Part shown: piece after piece, positions 48,474-59,501 of the stretch | Position numbering within the stretch: position 1 is the first letter of the stretch | Layout: each line of letters starts with the position of its first letter | Assembly: GCA_963729625.1 (NCBI GenBank) | Contig: CAVSOU010000017.1 | Coordinates: 160,001 to 224,000, forward strand | From: an uncultured bacterium | Lineage (GTDB): Bacteria; Chloroflexota; UBA5177; JANWHV01 | Length of the DNA stretch: 64,000 nt | Direction: 5' to 3' | Made by a program: the position numbers and the translations under genes | Notes under the pieces: generated by a model | The model's input: only the letters and a program-made list of their open reading frames with translations | What the model was told of the DNA's origin: nothing | Databases searched by the model: none

Positions 48474-49382
48474 TCAAGCCCCCGGTACGGCGTCTCCAGC
48501 TGGCGCCAGAATGGCGCGGCTCACGTCGATGAAGGCGCGCAGCGCGGGCGAGATCCATTTGTCTCTGTGCCAGGCGAGCAGGGTGGTCAATCCATAATCG
48601 CCCGCGCTCCACGGCAGCCTGACCAGGTGCCCCCGCGCCAACTCCGCTTCCACGGTGATCACGGGCAGGAAGCCGACGCCCATCCCGGCCATCACGCACT
48701 GCTTTATCGCCTCGATGCTGCTGAAGTTCAGCATGTCATTGTTGACCGACGCTGCGGCCAGGGTCTGCTGGAACAGCGCGGTATAGGAGTAGCCGGACTC
48801 CACCAGTAACAGCGTCTCGCCCTCCAGGTCGGCCGGCTCCACGATGGACCGCCGGGCCAGCGGATGGGATGGATAGGTGATTACCGCGAGTGGCTCATGC
48901 GTGAGCGTCTCGAAGATCAAGTTCTCGGCGTTCGCCGGCCGCTCCAGCAGAATGCCGATGTCCAGCTTGCCCTCATTCAGCATCTGCACCAGCTTCACAT
49001 AGACTCCCGGCCAGAAGACCAGGCGCACTCTCGGGAACAGGTTCTTGAACTGGAACAGAACCGGCGGCAGCCGATAGGCGCACAGCGACTCCGGCGCGCC
49101 GATCGTGAGCGTGCCGCCAGGCAGGTGGTCGTCGGGCACGGCAACACGCGCTTCCTCTGATAGACGCACGATCTTCTCGGCGTAGGGCTGCAGCCGCAAA
49201 CCGGCAGTGGAAAGATCAACCCGCCTGCCCAGCCGCTCGAAGAGGGGCACTCCCATCTCCTCCTCCAGAGCCTGGATCTGCGCGGTCACGCTCGACTGCG
49301 CGTAGTTCAACGACTCTGCCGCGCGCGTGAAACTAAGGCTCGACGCCACGGCGAGAAACGTGTTGAGCTGGCGAATCTCCAT
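48474..49382 (-). CDS. LysR-family transcriptional regulator
   Basis: MEIRQLNTFLAVA...SFTRAAESLNYAQSSVTAQIQALEEEMGVPLFER; EAIKQCVMAGMGV. Confidence 0.96.
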   Translation of the reverse strand: MEIRQLNTFLAVASSLSFTRAAESLNYAQSSVTAQIQALEEEMGVPLFERLGRRVDLSTAGLRLQPYAEKIVRLSEEARVAVPDDHLPGGTLTIGAPESLCAYRLPPVLFQFKNLFPRVRLVFWPGVYVKLVQMLNEGKLDIGILLERPANAENLIFETLTHEPLAVITYPSHPLARRSIVEPADLEGETLLLVESGYSYTALFQQTLAAASVNNDMLNFSSIEAIKQCVMAGMGVGFLPVITVEAELARGHLVRLPWSAGDYGLTTLLAWHRDKWISPALRAFIDVSRAILAPAGDAVPGA

Positions 49383-49393
49383 ACGCACCACCA

Positions 49394-49408
49394 ATCGGAT
49401 ATATCGAT
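49394..49408. promoter_or_regulatory. LysR box
   Basis: ATCGGATATATCGAT (ATC-N9-GAT, T-N11-A) immediately upstream of the lysR start. Confidence 0.6.
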
Positions 49409-49516
49409 TAAATGCTTCGGTAACATCGTTTGGAATGATGATACATCGGTGGTATTGTAGAGAGTGAGAGGGGGCGCCACTGCCTCCGGATAATCCCAGA
49501 CGAAGGAGTTCTCGGG

Positions 49517-49732
49517 ATGATAGCAAACAAGTCTACAGACGTAATGATGAGGCTCGAGGGCGGTGCTTGGCCCCGTGAAGCTCGCCGAGTATTCGAGCTA
49601 GCTGCTATGCAGCACGTTCGGTTGGACCCTGAGACGGTAGAGGTGTGCGACGTGCGCGACCTGCAGCGCCTGGCCTCCCAACTTCAGGACCAGAGAGTCC
49701 AGCCGGTGTGGCGGCGCTGGCATCTCAACTGA
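49517..49732 (+). CDS. Small hypothetical protein (71 aa) divergent from lysR
   Basis: AAGGAG 8 nt before the ATG; canonical LysR-target position. Confidence 0.5.
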   Translation: MIANKSTDVMMRLEGGAWPREARRVFELAAMQHVRLDPETVEVCDVRDLQRLASQLQDQRVQPVWRRWHLN

Positions 49733-50102
49733 GATCGCATTCCCCCGCTTGTATGCAGCAAGCCTCAAGTACGTAGCATTGATGGTGCGTGCTTGAGGCT
49801 TGCTGCATCTTCAGACGATCTGGCCATATACTCCAGCCACGACGCTGCCTATGCTTGCGTCGGTAGGGAAATCTTGCGCTAGGCGTGAAACACTGTGCGG
49901 CGCTGCGGTGCGTGCATGGCGTCAGCAAACGCACACACCGGACTGGACGGGATTCACGACCGTGAGGGTACCACGCGATAGAGGGTCGCGGGTGAGATTG
50001 CTGTCGGGCAGCAGCAGTCTTGAGGGTGCGCCGCATTGACGGTATCGCGGTTGGCGCGGCGTGGGCTCGATCAGACCGGCGGGCAGGTGGCGGGAGGCAT
50101 GC

Positions 50103-52091
50103 ATGTCGCTTACGTGCGACGCCAGGGAGCACTATCAGAGATCGAAGGGCCACGGCAGCCGGCTGAAGGCACGTAAAGACAGATCCGACCCTCGACGCAC
50201 CGGGACGGATGTCGATGCCGTAAATTCGACCGGCAACATTTCGAGGTACCGCGCGCCGGCCAGCGTGCTGGCCGAACTCCAGCGCGAGGCGACCGCTATC
50301 GTTATATCGGCGGCCACCGCCGCGGAGGCCTTCTCCCGCTGCCTGCAGACAATCTGCATGCGCCTTGGCTGGGACTTCGCGGCGTACTGGAGCTTCGATG
50401 CGTCCACGCAGCATTTTCGCTGCCGACACGTCTACCAGAGTCCACGAATCGCCGAGCACGAGTATGCCACGCTTCACGGCAACGTGCCGCTCGGGCCAGG
50501 TTCGGGCCTGCTTGGACAGGCGTGGTTGGCAGGCGAGCCGGCATGGATCGCCAACCTCCGCGAGCGCGCCGGCTCCGGTCGCGCCGCGGAGGCTGCCGAG
50601 CACGGCATGCAGAGCGCATTATGGCTCCCGATACCTCGACGGCGGGGCTCCGCGGGCATACTGGAGTTCTTCAGCCAGAGCCTCCGTCCGCTGCCGGCCG
50701 GCGCGCGCCAGCCGCTCGTGACAATCGGCGCGCTCATGGGCCAGTTCGCCGACTGCAGCCAGGCGGAATCGGCGCTCGTTCACCAGAGGCTCCATGACCA
50801 GCTCACGGGTCTGCCGAACCGGAGTTTCTTTGTGAAGCGGTTGGGTGAGGCCGTAGACGCAGCGCGCCTTGCCGACGCTTCGACGGCACTGCTGCTCTTC
50901 GATCTTAACCGCTTCAGGGAAGTCAACGATACTCTGGGCCACTGCTTCGGCGACCAGGTATTGCTGGAGGCCATGTCGCGCGTCAAGTCCCTGCTGTCCC
51001 GCAACGCCACTCTGGCCCGGCTGAGCGGCGATGAGTTCGGCATCATTCTGCCCGAAACCGGCGTCGACGAGGCGACCAAGCTCTCCCGGACCATTCTCGC
51101 CGTACTGGAAATGCCTTATTGCCTTGACGGCCACAGCGTCGCCGTGGGCGCGAGCCTGGGAATCGCCTTCTTCCCTGAAGACGGTACCGGTCCGGATGAG
51201 CTGCTCCGCCACGCCGACGTGGCAATCGACGTTGCCAAGCGCATGGGCGGCGGCTATGAGGCCTATGACATGACGAAGGACCAGCACAGCGTCACGCGGC
51301 TCACACTGGCTACCGACCTCCGTCTGGCCCTTGAGAACGACGGTCTCCGCCTGTACTACCAGCCGATGCTCACCATCCCGGACGGCAGATTCACGCGTGT
51401 AGAGGCCCTGGTCCGCTGGCAACATCCGGATCGCGGCCACGTCGCTCCCGAGTGTTTCATCCCTGTGGCCGAGACTATCGGTCTCGTGGGCGTACTGACG
51501 CTATGGGTGCTGGAAACGGCGCTGCGCCAGAATCAGTGCTGGGCGGAAGCAGGTCATGATATCGGCGTATCCGTCAATCTATCGGCAAGAACGCTGCAAG
51601 ATGCCCAGCTTCCCGATGCAGTGGCTTGGCTCCTCCATCGATTCAACGTGCCTCCGAAGAATCTCACCCTGGAGATAACGGAGGGCACGCTCATGGCCGA
51701 TCCCGTCGGTGCAATGGGCGTGTTGAATCGTCTCTGGGCTATCGGCGTGCGCATCGCGATCGACGATTTCGGTACGGGATACTCGTCGCTCTCGTACTTG
51801 AAGGGCCTCCCGGTCCACGAGATCAAGATCGACAAGTCATTCGTGTTGGGCACATATTCCAGCCAAAAGGACATCGCCATCGTACGATCCATAATCGAGC
51901 TGGGCCACAACCTCGGTCTGGAGGTGGTGGCCGAAGGGGTGGAACGTACCCAAGCCTGGGATATGCTCGTCCAGATGGGTTGCGACGTCGCGCAGGGCAA
52001 TCTGCTAGGTCTTCCTGGTCCCGCCGCCGAACTTGGGCCGTGGCACACAACCGCCGATCACCTGACACGGCTCAGGTGCGCCGGCCTCTAA
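50103..52091 (+). CDS. GAF-GGDEF-EAL c-di-GMP signalling protein
   Basis: GAF GLLGQAW...ILEFFS; HDQLTGLPNR, RLSGDEF; YYQP, VEALVRW, LEITE, IDDFGTGYSS, KIDKSF, VAEGVE. Start uncertain. Confidence 0.94.
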   Translation: MSLTCDAREHYQRSKGHGSRLKARKDRSDPRRTGTDVDAVNSTGNISRYRAPASVLAELQREATAIVISAATAAEAFSRCLQTICMRLGWDFAAYWSFDASTQHFRCRHVYQSPRIAEHEYATLHGNVPLGPGSGLLGQAWLAGEPAWIANLRERAGSGRAAEAAEHGMQSALWLPIPRRRGSAGILEFFSQSLRPLPAGARQPLVTIGALMGQFADCSQAESALVHQRLHDQLTGLPNRSFFVKRLGEAVDAARLADASTALLLFDLNRFREVNDTLGHCFGDQVLLEAMSRVKSLLSRNATLARLSGDEFGIILPETGVDEATKLSRTILAVLEMPYCLDGHSVAVGASLGIAFFPEDGTGPDELLRHADVAIDVAKRMGGGYEAYDMTKDQHSVTRLTLATDLRLALENDGLRLYYQPMLTIPDGRFTRVEALVRWQHPDRGHVAPECFIPVAETIGLVGVLTLWVLETALRQNQCWAEAGHDIGVSVNLSARTLQDAQLPDAVAWLLHRFNVPPKNLTLEITEGTLMADPVGAMGVLNRLWAIGVRIAIDDFGTGYSSLSYLKGLPVHEIKIDKSFVLGTYSSQKDIAIVRSIIELGHNLGLEVVAEGVERTQAWDMLVQMGCDVAQGNLLGLPGPAAELGPWHTTADHLTRLRCAGL

Positions 52092-52218
52092 CGTCCTCAG
52101 GGAGCGATCTTTCCGGGCACGCCCGTTGGGGGTTGGCAGCTTTGCTCTGTGCCGTCACGCCGGCCACGGTTGCTGGGAAATCTCCGCGCGGCAGCCAATG
52201 TTGCTATGCTGAAAGGCA

Positions 52219-52662
52219 ATGAGCGAATCCATTGAGGTAGACTTTCTGGTCCTGGCCGATCGCGCTGAAGTGTTGAACGGCAAGCTCTATATGATGGGCG
52301 GAGGCTGGGACTCCATCGGCACCCTCGGTCCGGAGCAGCCCGTGCAGTTCACGGCAGCTGTGGGCTTTCTCGTACCCTGGAACGCCACGAATATTGACCA
52401 CGCCTGCAGCATCCGGCTGGAAGATGCGGACGGCACCGATGTTCTGAGTCTTGGCTATGGGATCAAGACGGGACGCCCGCCCAATCTGCCCGACGGCGCC
52501 ACGCAGCGCGTGACGGTCTGCCTGCCCATTTCCGCCGGTTTCCCCAAACCAGGCATGTTTGCCCTGGTCGCTACAGCCGGATCGGACCAGAAACGCGTTG
52601 CGTTCCACGTGCGCCAGATGCCGCCGACCGCCTCCCAGCCGTTTCTGCCCCAGCAGCCCTAG
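52219..52662 (+). CDS. DUF6941-like protein
   Basis: FLVLADRAEVLNGKLYMMGGGWD...VPWNATN...LEDADG...GRPP. Confidence 0.75.
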   Translation: MSESIEVDFLVLADRAEVLNGKLYMMGGGWDSIGTLGPEQPVQFTAAVGFLVPWNATNIDHACSIRLEDADGTDVLSLGYGIKTGRPPNLPDGATQRVTVCLPISAGFPKPGMFALVATAGSDQKRVAFHVRQMPPTASQPFLPQQP

Positions 52663-52677
52663 GCAGGCGGTACTGGC

Positions 52678-53085
52678 ATGCCTGATCCAAACGTGGCCGA
52701 CATCCGGACAATGCTGGATGCTATCTTGAAGAGCGTCCTGCGGCTGCCAGAATCGCGCCCGTCGCAATTCGCACCCGAGTGGACATCGGCAATTGGCGAT
52801 CTGATCCGCGCTTGCGACTCATTGATTCAGGCGCTGCTAGGGCTCGACGTGCAAAGCCCGGAGGCCGATGAGCTGCTCGGCGCTGTGCGGGCTCACCGCC
52901 GGTTGCTCTTCCTGGCGATTGCCGAGGCCGACCCGGATCAGGTCGCGTTCTGGACAGAAGCATACCGGGAAAGTGAACGCACCGCCGAGGCGCACATGGC
53001 GGCCGGGCAGACGCCGCGCTTCTTCACCGACCAGGAGTTTGAATCCTCCTTGCGAGCGCAGTGGCTGGGCGAGGACGACGCCTAG
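52678..53085 (+). CDS. Hypothetical protein with an antitoxin-like C-terminus
   Basis: DPDQVAFWTEAYRESERTAEAHMAAG resembles the DQAWFWT.EWQ..E.EA..D..AG tail of small antitoxins. Confidence 0.55.
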   Translation: MPDPNVADIRTMLDAILKSVLRLPESRPSQFAPEWTSAIGDLIRACDSLIQALLGLDVQSPEADELLGAVRAHRRLLFLAIAEADPDQVAFWTEAYRESERTAEAHMAAGQTPRFFTDQEFESSLRAQWLGEDDA

Positions 53086-53768
53086 GACGGATCGTGTTCG
53101 CCTTCAGGCTCGCGCTCGGGCGCTTCGAACGTCGGCGCGGGCGCGCCATCGCTATGCCCGATGAAGAGGTTCGGGTTGATGATGCGCTTCTCGAAGTCCA
53201 CCCATATCCGCGCATCCATGCGGCAATCGTACACGCGACAGACGCCGGGGCGGTGCTCATAGATCGTGCAGCCGAGGCTGGCACGGTCCTGGTGCACGCA
53301 CCGCTTGTCCAGGCCGAGACGGTTCACGTACGGCTGGCTCAGATCCCAGCGCATCACGCCTTCTTCGAGATCCTGCGGCGAGAGGGCAAAACGCATGGCG
53401 CAGCAGGCCGCCCGGCAGAGAGGAATCCGATTCTCGCAGTCTATTCGCGGCAGCGTCTCGGCGGGAATGGTGTATTTGTCCGGGATGCGCGTATCGACCT
53501 TGACGCCGATCTGCTTCTCTCGGAACAACGCGCGCAGCCTCCGTGCTACGACCGTCCGCTGCGCTCTGAGCTCCTCTTTGGTTATCAGCCCCCGCGCTAC
53601 GAGCAGGTTTGACAGGGCGCCTACCTCGGTCGCCGTCACGAAAAGCTGCTGGGCAACTTCACTCACCTGCTCGTTGGTATGCTGTATGCCGCGAGTGACC
53701 TGCGATTCCTCGCTTTCCATCGGCTGGTTCGATGCGTGCGTCAGGGCAGCCGTATCCTTGTCCATCAT
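53082..53768 (-). CDS. YkgJ-family cysteine-cluster (CxxCxxCC-like) protein
   Basis: IDCENRIPLCRAACC...RCVH...CTIYEHRPGVCRVYDCRMDARIW. Confidence 0.88.
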   Translation of the reverse strand: MMDKDTAALTHASNQPMESEESQVTRGIQHTNEQVSEVAQQLFVTATEVGALSNLLVARGLITKEELRAQRTVVARRLRALFREKQIGVKVDTRIPDKYTIPAETLPRIDCENRIPLCRAACCAMRFALSPQDLEEGVMRWDLSQPYVNRLGLDKRCVHQDRASLGCTIYEHRPGVCRVYDCRMDARIWVDFEKRIINPNLFIGHSDGAPAPTFEAPEREPEGEHDPS

Positions 53769-53809
53769 AGTTCTCCGCTGGATTGTCGGTGTTCGGAGCC
53801 GCGGGTGCA

Positions 53810-55018
53810 TCAAAGCCCTTTGCCGGTACTCTCCGCCAACTGCGCTCGCGCCACCGCCCCGCTCACGACTGCCACGGTGGGCAGCACGGGGTGCTCGAAG
53901 TAGTCGGCCTTGTAGTCGCGCAACAGCGCCTCGCCGTCTCGATCCCAAGAAAAGCGCGGTCGCTTCAGCACGCGCTGAAAGACCTGGCTCGCCCGGTCGG
54001 GATCCTGAGCGGCCAGGCGGCGGAGCAGGCGCGGTGAGGTGGAAGGATCGCGCAAGAGGCTGAGCAGGAGTTTGCGATAGCGCCGGAGCGCGGCGCGCTC
54101 CGGCCGCTCAAAGGCCTCCAGCACCATGCCGAAGTCCGGCATGAAGCTCATCCCGTCCATCTCGTCAGAGATCACGCCCACCGTCTCTGCCGAGCGGAGG
54201 TCCTCAGGCAGGTCGTATTCCGGTACTGGGGGCTCCGTGCCGTATGCCTCCTTGGCGCGGTCGGCAGCAGTTGTTCCCTCGGCATCGCGTTGCTCGTACA
54301 GCTGATAGCGGTGGAAGGCCCGCATTCGCTCGGCGAGTTTGGGCCCCGGCACCACGATCAGGTCCGCACCGAAGAAGGCTATGAAGTTCTCTCGATTCTC
54401 GCGCTGCAGCTTCCAGGCCTGCTCCAGCTTCGCGGGATTGCGGTAGACAAGTGAGGGCTGCTGCAACGCCAGATGCCCTGCCGCCTGGTACGCCGCGGCA
54501 TGTTCCGACGCGGGCAGCGCCTGCATGATGCCGCTCAAGAGCCACCCGTCGTCCAGAGGCACCAAGCGAGCGATCAGGAACGAGCCTGCCGCGACCGGAG
54601 CAAAGGCCTGCGTACCCGCATTCGAATAGACGACGTACGTCAGATCGTCGACAAGGTTGACGAGCTTCAGGCCATCACCCACCCGGCTATCGACGACAAA
54701 GATGCCCTCGACGATCTGGCTCCAGCTCAGCAGCATGGCGCGTTCCGGCTCGGAGAGCTCAGGATGCGTGCTGACGAAATCCTCCACGACGGTACGACCA
54801 TTTGACAGGCGATGCCGCAAAATGAAGTGGTCGAGCGCGTCAATGTCCAGCGAGCTATCCGGCCTGAAAGGTATTCCGGTTTGTTCCGGCAGGGCCTGCC
54901 GCATGTCGCGATCGAAGCGGCCGCTGCAGGCATAATTGACGATCTGCTGCTTGAGATCGCCGCTTCGCCGAATGAGATCCTGCGTCACCACCACACGACT
55001 CCTCGACCACTCCCCCAA
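53810..55018 (-). CDS. Hypothetical protein
   Basis: Long protein-like ORF (GRTVVEDFV...LLSWSQIVEGIF...NLVDDLTY) co-directional with kbl and ykgJ. Confidence 0.8.
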   Translation of the reverse strand: MGEWSRSRVVVTQDLIRRSGDLKQQIVNYACSGRFDRDMRQALPEQTGIPFRPDSSLDIDALDHFILRHRLSNGRTVVEDFVSTHPELSEPERAMLLSWSQIVEGIFVVDSRVGDGLKLVNLVDDLTYVVYSNAGTQAFAPVAAGSFLIARLVPLDDGWLLSGIMQALPASEHAAAYQAAGHLALQQPSLVYRNPAKLEQAWKLQRENRENFIAFFGADLIVVPGPKLAERMRAFHRYQLYEQRDAEGTTAADRAKEAYGTEPPVPEYDLPEDLRSAETVGVISDEMDGMSFMPDFGMVLEAFERPERAALRRYRKLLLSLLRDPSTSPRLLRRLAAQDPDRASQVFQRVLKRPRFSWDRDGEALLRDYKADYFEHPVLPTVAVVSGAVARAQLAESTGKGL

Positions 55019-55065
55019 CGTACCACGCCGCTGATAACAGAGTCCCGCGCTGGCGGCGGTTTGGT

Positions 55066-56268
55066 TCAGGCAGGCGGTACCGGCGAGAAGGCCAGCTCGT
55101 CGCGCGCTGCGGCAAAGGCCGCAGCAGCCTGCAACAGGTCTTCGGCAGTGTGAGCGGCGGACACTTGCGTGCGGATGCGCGCCTTACCGAGGGGCACCAC
55201 CGGGTAGGAGAAAGCGATCACATAGATGCCTTTCTCCAGCAAGCGATCAGCCAGCGCCGCTGCTCGCGTCGCGTCCCCCAGCATGACGGGCACGATCGGA
55301 TGGTCTCCGGGCAGGACGTCGAAGCCCAGGGCCGTCATGCGTTCGCGGAAGAGCGCGGTGTTGGCGCGCAGGCGGGCACGCAGGTCGTCCGACGTGGTCA
55401 GGAGGTCGAGCGCCTTGAGCGATGCTGCCACGATCGAGGGCGCCATGGTGTTGCTGAAGAGATATGGGCGCGAGCGCTGGCGCAGCAGGGCAATTATCTC
55501 GCGCCGGCCGCTCGTGTAGCCACCGCTGGCGCCTCCGAGGGCCTTGCCAAGGGTGCCGGTGACGACGTCAACACGATCGATGACGCCGTGCAGCTCAGGC
55601 GTGCCCCGTCCGGAGGGGCCGACGAAACCGACTGCGTGGGAGTCGTCCACCATCACCATCGCGCTGTACCGATCGGCGAGATCGCAGATGTCGCGTAGCG
55701 GCGTCACGTAGCCATCCATGGAGAAGACGCCGTCGGTGGCGATCAGCCGCCGGCGCGCATCGCGCGCGGATTGAAGCTGAGCTTCGAGATCAGCCATATC
55801 GCGATTCCGGTAACGGAGGCGGCGCGCCTTGCATAGCCGGATGCCGTCGATGATGCTGGCATGGTTGAGCTCGTCGGAGATCACGACGTCCTGTTCGCCG
55901 AGCAGTGTCTCGAAGAGGCCGCCGTTGGCGTCGAAGCAGGAGCCGTAAAGAATGGTGTCCTCCGTCCCGAGGAAGGCGCTGATACGCCGCTCCAGGTCTT
56001 TGTGGATTTCCTGCGTGCCGCAGATGAAGCGAACAGAGGAGAGACCAAAGCCCCAGCGCTCGAGCGCGTCGCGTGCTGCCGCGATCAGGTCCGGGTGATC
56101 GGCCAGCCCGAGGTAGTTATTGGCGCAGAGGTTGAGCACGGTCCGGCCACTCGCGACGCGCACGTGCGGGCCTTGCGGAGAGGCGAGGACGCGCTCGTTC
56201 TTGTACAGGCCGGCCGAGCGGATACCCTCAAGCTCGGCGATGAGATCCTCTCGCGGGACTGTGAACAT
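55066..56268 (-). CDS. kbl: 2-amino-3-ketobutyrate CoA ligase (glycine C-acetyltransferase)
   Basis: [68 protein letters not shown]. Confidence 0.97.
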   Translation of the reverse strand: MFTVPREDLIAELEGIRSAGLYKNERVLASPQGPHVRVASGRTVLNLCANNYLGLADHPDLIAAARDALERWGFGLSSVRFICGTQEIHKDLERRISAFLGTEDTILYGSCFDANGGLFETLLGEQDVVISDELNHASIIDGIRLCKARRLRYRNRDMADLEAQLQSARDARRRLIATDGVFSMDGYVTPLRDICDLADRYSAMVMVDDSHAVGFVGPSGRGTPELHGVIDRVDVVTGTLGKALGGASGGYTSGRREIIALLRQRSRPYLFSNTMAPSIVAASLKALDLLTTSDDLRARLRANTALFRERMTALGFDVLPGDHPIVPVMLGDATRAAALADRLLEKGIYVIAFSYPVVPLGKARIRTQVSAAHTAEDLLQAAAAFAAARDELAFSPVPPA

Positions 56269-56943
56269 ATGCCCTCCATGCCCGGCCGGCATCGCGCCGC
56301 CCGGTGCTGCGCGGCTCGGTTTGCAAAGCGCCGCCGCTCAGTGTTGCCCACGCCATGCCGCGAAGGCTCGTACACGCAGCACTATTGTGTTCATGGCAGT
56401 CAGTCTATCACCTGCCACATTCTGAGTATCCGAAAGCACACATCTGTTCCTGCTTCGACCGGCATCACGTTTCTGGTGCTAGCCTCGCCACCTCCGCCCA
56501 CGGTGCGGGTGAGCCAGGCGGGGGCATATATGCAGGAAGAGCCATCGTCAGTACCTCCCATGCGATCAACATAGCGCGCCGGCCTGGCCTCGCATCGGCG
56601 CAGCCGTCAAACTCGCCTTTTCGGAGCATACTACACCATACCCCGACTCGCTCGGCGCCAGGCAGGGCACCATGTGAGAACCAGAGCTGTTCACTTCTCG
56701 TAACGGTCGCGTGGCAACGGGCCCGGGACCGCCGGGCACCCGCGTGCGGGTGTTTTGCCCACTCCATCCGGCAAATCACTTCCCAACGACCCCAGGTGGC
56801 GGCGTCTCGCGGCCGGGCCAGCGACAGAAAGACAGCCCTGGCCTGGTTCCGGCACGACTTGAATGTTACGAACGTCCGTGCAATTATCGACGTGTGGCTC
56901 CGGAAGGCGGCTTTTCGATCGGGAGTATCAGGAGGTGGTTCAC

Positions 56944-58350
56944 GTGGCGCACGACTTCGACGGCGATTTTAGCGAGCTTCGGGCCGAGCTAACCGGCAGA
57001 GTGATCTTACCTTCCGATCCCGATTATGATAGTGCGCGCTCTGTCTGGAACGGTGCTATTGACCGCCGCCCTGCGGGAATCGCCCGTTGCTCCAGCGCAA
57101 GCGACGTCTCCGCAGCCGTCCGGTTTGGCAGAGCCAGAGGCCTTGAGATTTCCGTACGAGGAGGCGGCCACAACTTCGCGGGGTTCGCGGTGTGTGATGG
57201 GGGGTTGACGATCGATCTCAGTGGGATGCGGCAGGTCGCTGTTGATCCTGCCGCTCGGCGGGCCTTATGCGGCGGCGGCGCCACGTGGGGTGACTTGGAC
57301 GGGGCAAGCCAGGCCCATGGGCTGGCTGTAACCGGCGGGTTCATCAGCCATACCGGCGTTGGAGGGCTTACGCTTGGTGGCGGGATCGGCTGGCTTACCC
57401 GAAAAGCGGGCCTGACTATCGATAGCCTCGTCGCTGCTGAGGTGGTCGTGGCCGATGGCAGCATCCTTCGGGCGTCGAAGGAAGAGAACGCCGATCTCTT
57501 CTGGGCAATCCGGGGTGGCGGCGGCAACTTCGGTGTGGTCACGTCCTTTGAATTCCAGCTTCACTCGGTAGGCCCTCTCGTCCATCTTGGACTCTTCTTC
57601 TGGGGAGTAGATCGAGGCGTGGAGGCGTTGCGCTTCAGCCGCGACTTTATTACTACTCTCCCGCTGGACATGGGCGTGCTGATCGCGGGCCTGCACGCAC
57701 CGCCGGCGCCGTTTGTGCCCGAGCAGTACCGCTTTGCACCCGGCTTCGCTCTCCTGGTCGTCGGCTTTGGCTCCGCGGAAGAGCACGCGCAGGCGCTTCA
57801 GCCAATTCGCAGCTCCATGCCGCCGCTCTTTGGGCTGGTCACTCCGATCCCCTATGCCCAGCTTCAGCAGATGTTCGACGAGGGCAATCCGTGGGGCATC
57901 CTGGCGTACGAGAAGGCGCTTTACCTGGATGAGCTTGGCGACGACGCCATTTCGGTGTTTGCCGAGCACCTTCCCAGGAAGAGCTCACCGCTCTCCTTCG
58001 TCCCTGTTTTCTACGTCGCCGGAGCATATCAGTCGGAAGGAGAAGAAGACACAGCTTTTGGCGGCAGTCGCTCGGCGCACTTCGTCTTCAATATCGCAGC
58101 CATCAGTCCGGCGCCAGATCTGTTCGCGGCCGATCGCGCCTGGGTGCGCGATTTTTGGCAGGCCTTGCGTCCCTACGCCGGAAACTCGGGCAGCTATGTC
58201 AACTTCATGACGGAGCAGGAGGAGGATCGGGTGCGTGCTGCCTACGGCCCGTCCAAGCTCGAGCGGCTGTCGCGCATCAAAGCGCGGTACGACCCCGACA
58301 ACGTCTTCCACCAGAATGTGAACATCAAGCCGGCAACAGCACCGGTCTAG
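56944..58350 (+). CDS. FAD-linked oxidase (VAO/berberine-bridge-enzyme-like)
   Basis: VRGGGHN, GVGGLTLGGG, DLFWAIRGGGGNFGVVT, YVNF, KARYDPDNVFHQN; GGAGG upstream. Confidence 0.95.
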   Translation: MAHDFDGDFSELRAELTGRVILPSDPDYDSARSVWNGAIDRRPAGIARCSSASDVSAAVRFGRARGLEISVRGGGHNFAGFAVCDGGLTIDLSGMRQVAVDPAARRALCGGGATWGDLDGASQAHGLAVTGGFISHTGVGGLTLGGGIGWLTRKAGLTIDSLVAAEVVVADGSILRASKEENADLFWAIRGGGGNFGVVTSFEFQLHSVGPLVHLGLFFWGVDRGVEALRFSRDFITTLPLDMGVLIAGLHAPPAPFVPEQYRFAPGFALLVVGFGSAEEHAQALQPIRSSMPPLFGLVTPIPYAQLQQMFDEGNPWGILAYEKALYLDELGDDAISVFAEHLPRKSSPLSFVPVFYVAGAYQSEGEEDTAFGGSRSAHFVFNIAAISPAPDLFAADRAWVRDFWQALRPYAGNSGSYVNFMTEQEEDRVRAAYGPSKLERLSRIKARYDPDNVFHQNVNIKPATAPV

Positions 58351-58469
58351 GCTGGGAGCACGCCTTGCTCCAGCGCTTGGCCGTTTCCCGCCGGACTGCG
58401 CGGACGCGAGATGCGATCTCGAACGCGGCACGGTTGGCGCGAAGAGCCGTGCGAGCCCGACGGCGCCGG

Positions 58470-59501
58470 CTACGCCTGCGACCAGGACAGCACCACCTTG
58501 CCGGCGTTGCCGCCGCGGGCCACGGCGAAGGCTTCCTCGAACTCCGTATAGGGAAGGCGGTGCGTGATCACCGGCGAGATATCCAGACCCGACTGCAGCA
58601 TGGCGGTCATCATGTACCACGTCTCGTACATCTCGCGCCCGTAGATGCCCTTGATCGTCAGCATGTTGAACACAACCGTATTCCAGTCGATGGCAATCTC
58701 GTTCTTTGGGATACCCAGCATGGCAATACGACCGCCGTGGGCCATGTTGGCGATCATGTCGCGCAACGCCGAGGGATTGCCGGACATCTCGAGCCCGACG
58801 TCGAAACCCTCCTGCATGCCCAGGGTGCGCTGTGTGCCCGCGATCGTCTCGGTTCGGACGTCGAGCGCGCGCGTCACCTTCAGGCGCCGCGCCAGGTCGA
58901 GACGATACTCGTTCACGTCGGTAATCACCACGTGCCGTGCGCCGGCGTGGCGGACCACGAGGGCGGCCATGATGCCGATTGGTCCGGCGCCGGTAATCAG
59001 CACATCCTCGCCGAGCACGGAAAAGGTGAGCGCTGTGTGTACTGCATTGCCGAATGGATCGAAAATCGCGGCGACGTCAAGATCGATGCCGGGAGCATGA
59101 TGCCAGATATTGGTCATCGGCAGGGCGATGTACTCGGCAAAGGCGCCCGTGCGGTTCACGCCGACGCCTTTCGTGTGCGCGCACAAGTGGCGCCGGCCGG
59201 CCATGCAATTGCGGCACCGCCCACACACCACGTGCCCTTCACCACTGACGATGTCGCCGGGGCGGAAGTCATTGACGTTGGCGCCGATCTCCACCACTTC
59301 GCCGACGAACTCGTGTCCGATTGCCAGCGGAATGGACACTGATCGCTGCGCCCAGGCGTCCCAATCATAGATGTGCAGGTCCGTGCCGCAAATGCCGGTA
59401 CGCTGCACACGAATGAGGAGATCGTTGATGCCGATAGCGGGCTCAGGGACGTCCTCGAGCCACAACCCTGCCTCGGACTTGCTCTTGACCAGCGCTTTCA
59501 T
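58470..59501 (-). CDS. tdh: L-threonine 3-dehydrogenase
   Basis: [62 protein letters not shown]. Confidence 0.97.
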   Translation of the reverse strand: MKALVKSKSEAGLWLEDVPEPAIGINDLLIRVQRTGICGTDLHIYDWDAWAQRSVSIPLAIGHEFVGEVVEIGANVNDFRPGDIVSGEGHVVCGRCRNCMAGRRHLCAHTKGVGVNRTGAFAEYIALPMTNIWHHAPGIDLDVAAIFDPFGNAVHTALTFSVLGEDVLITGAGPIGIMAALVVRHAGARHVVITDVNEYRLDLARRLKVTRALDVRTETIAGTQRTLGMQEGFDVGLEMSGNPSALRDMIANMAHGGRIAMLGIPKNEIAIDWNTVVFNMLTIKGIYGREMYETWYMMTAMLQSGLDISPVITHRLPYTEFEEAFAVARGGNAGKVVLSWSQA

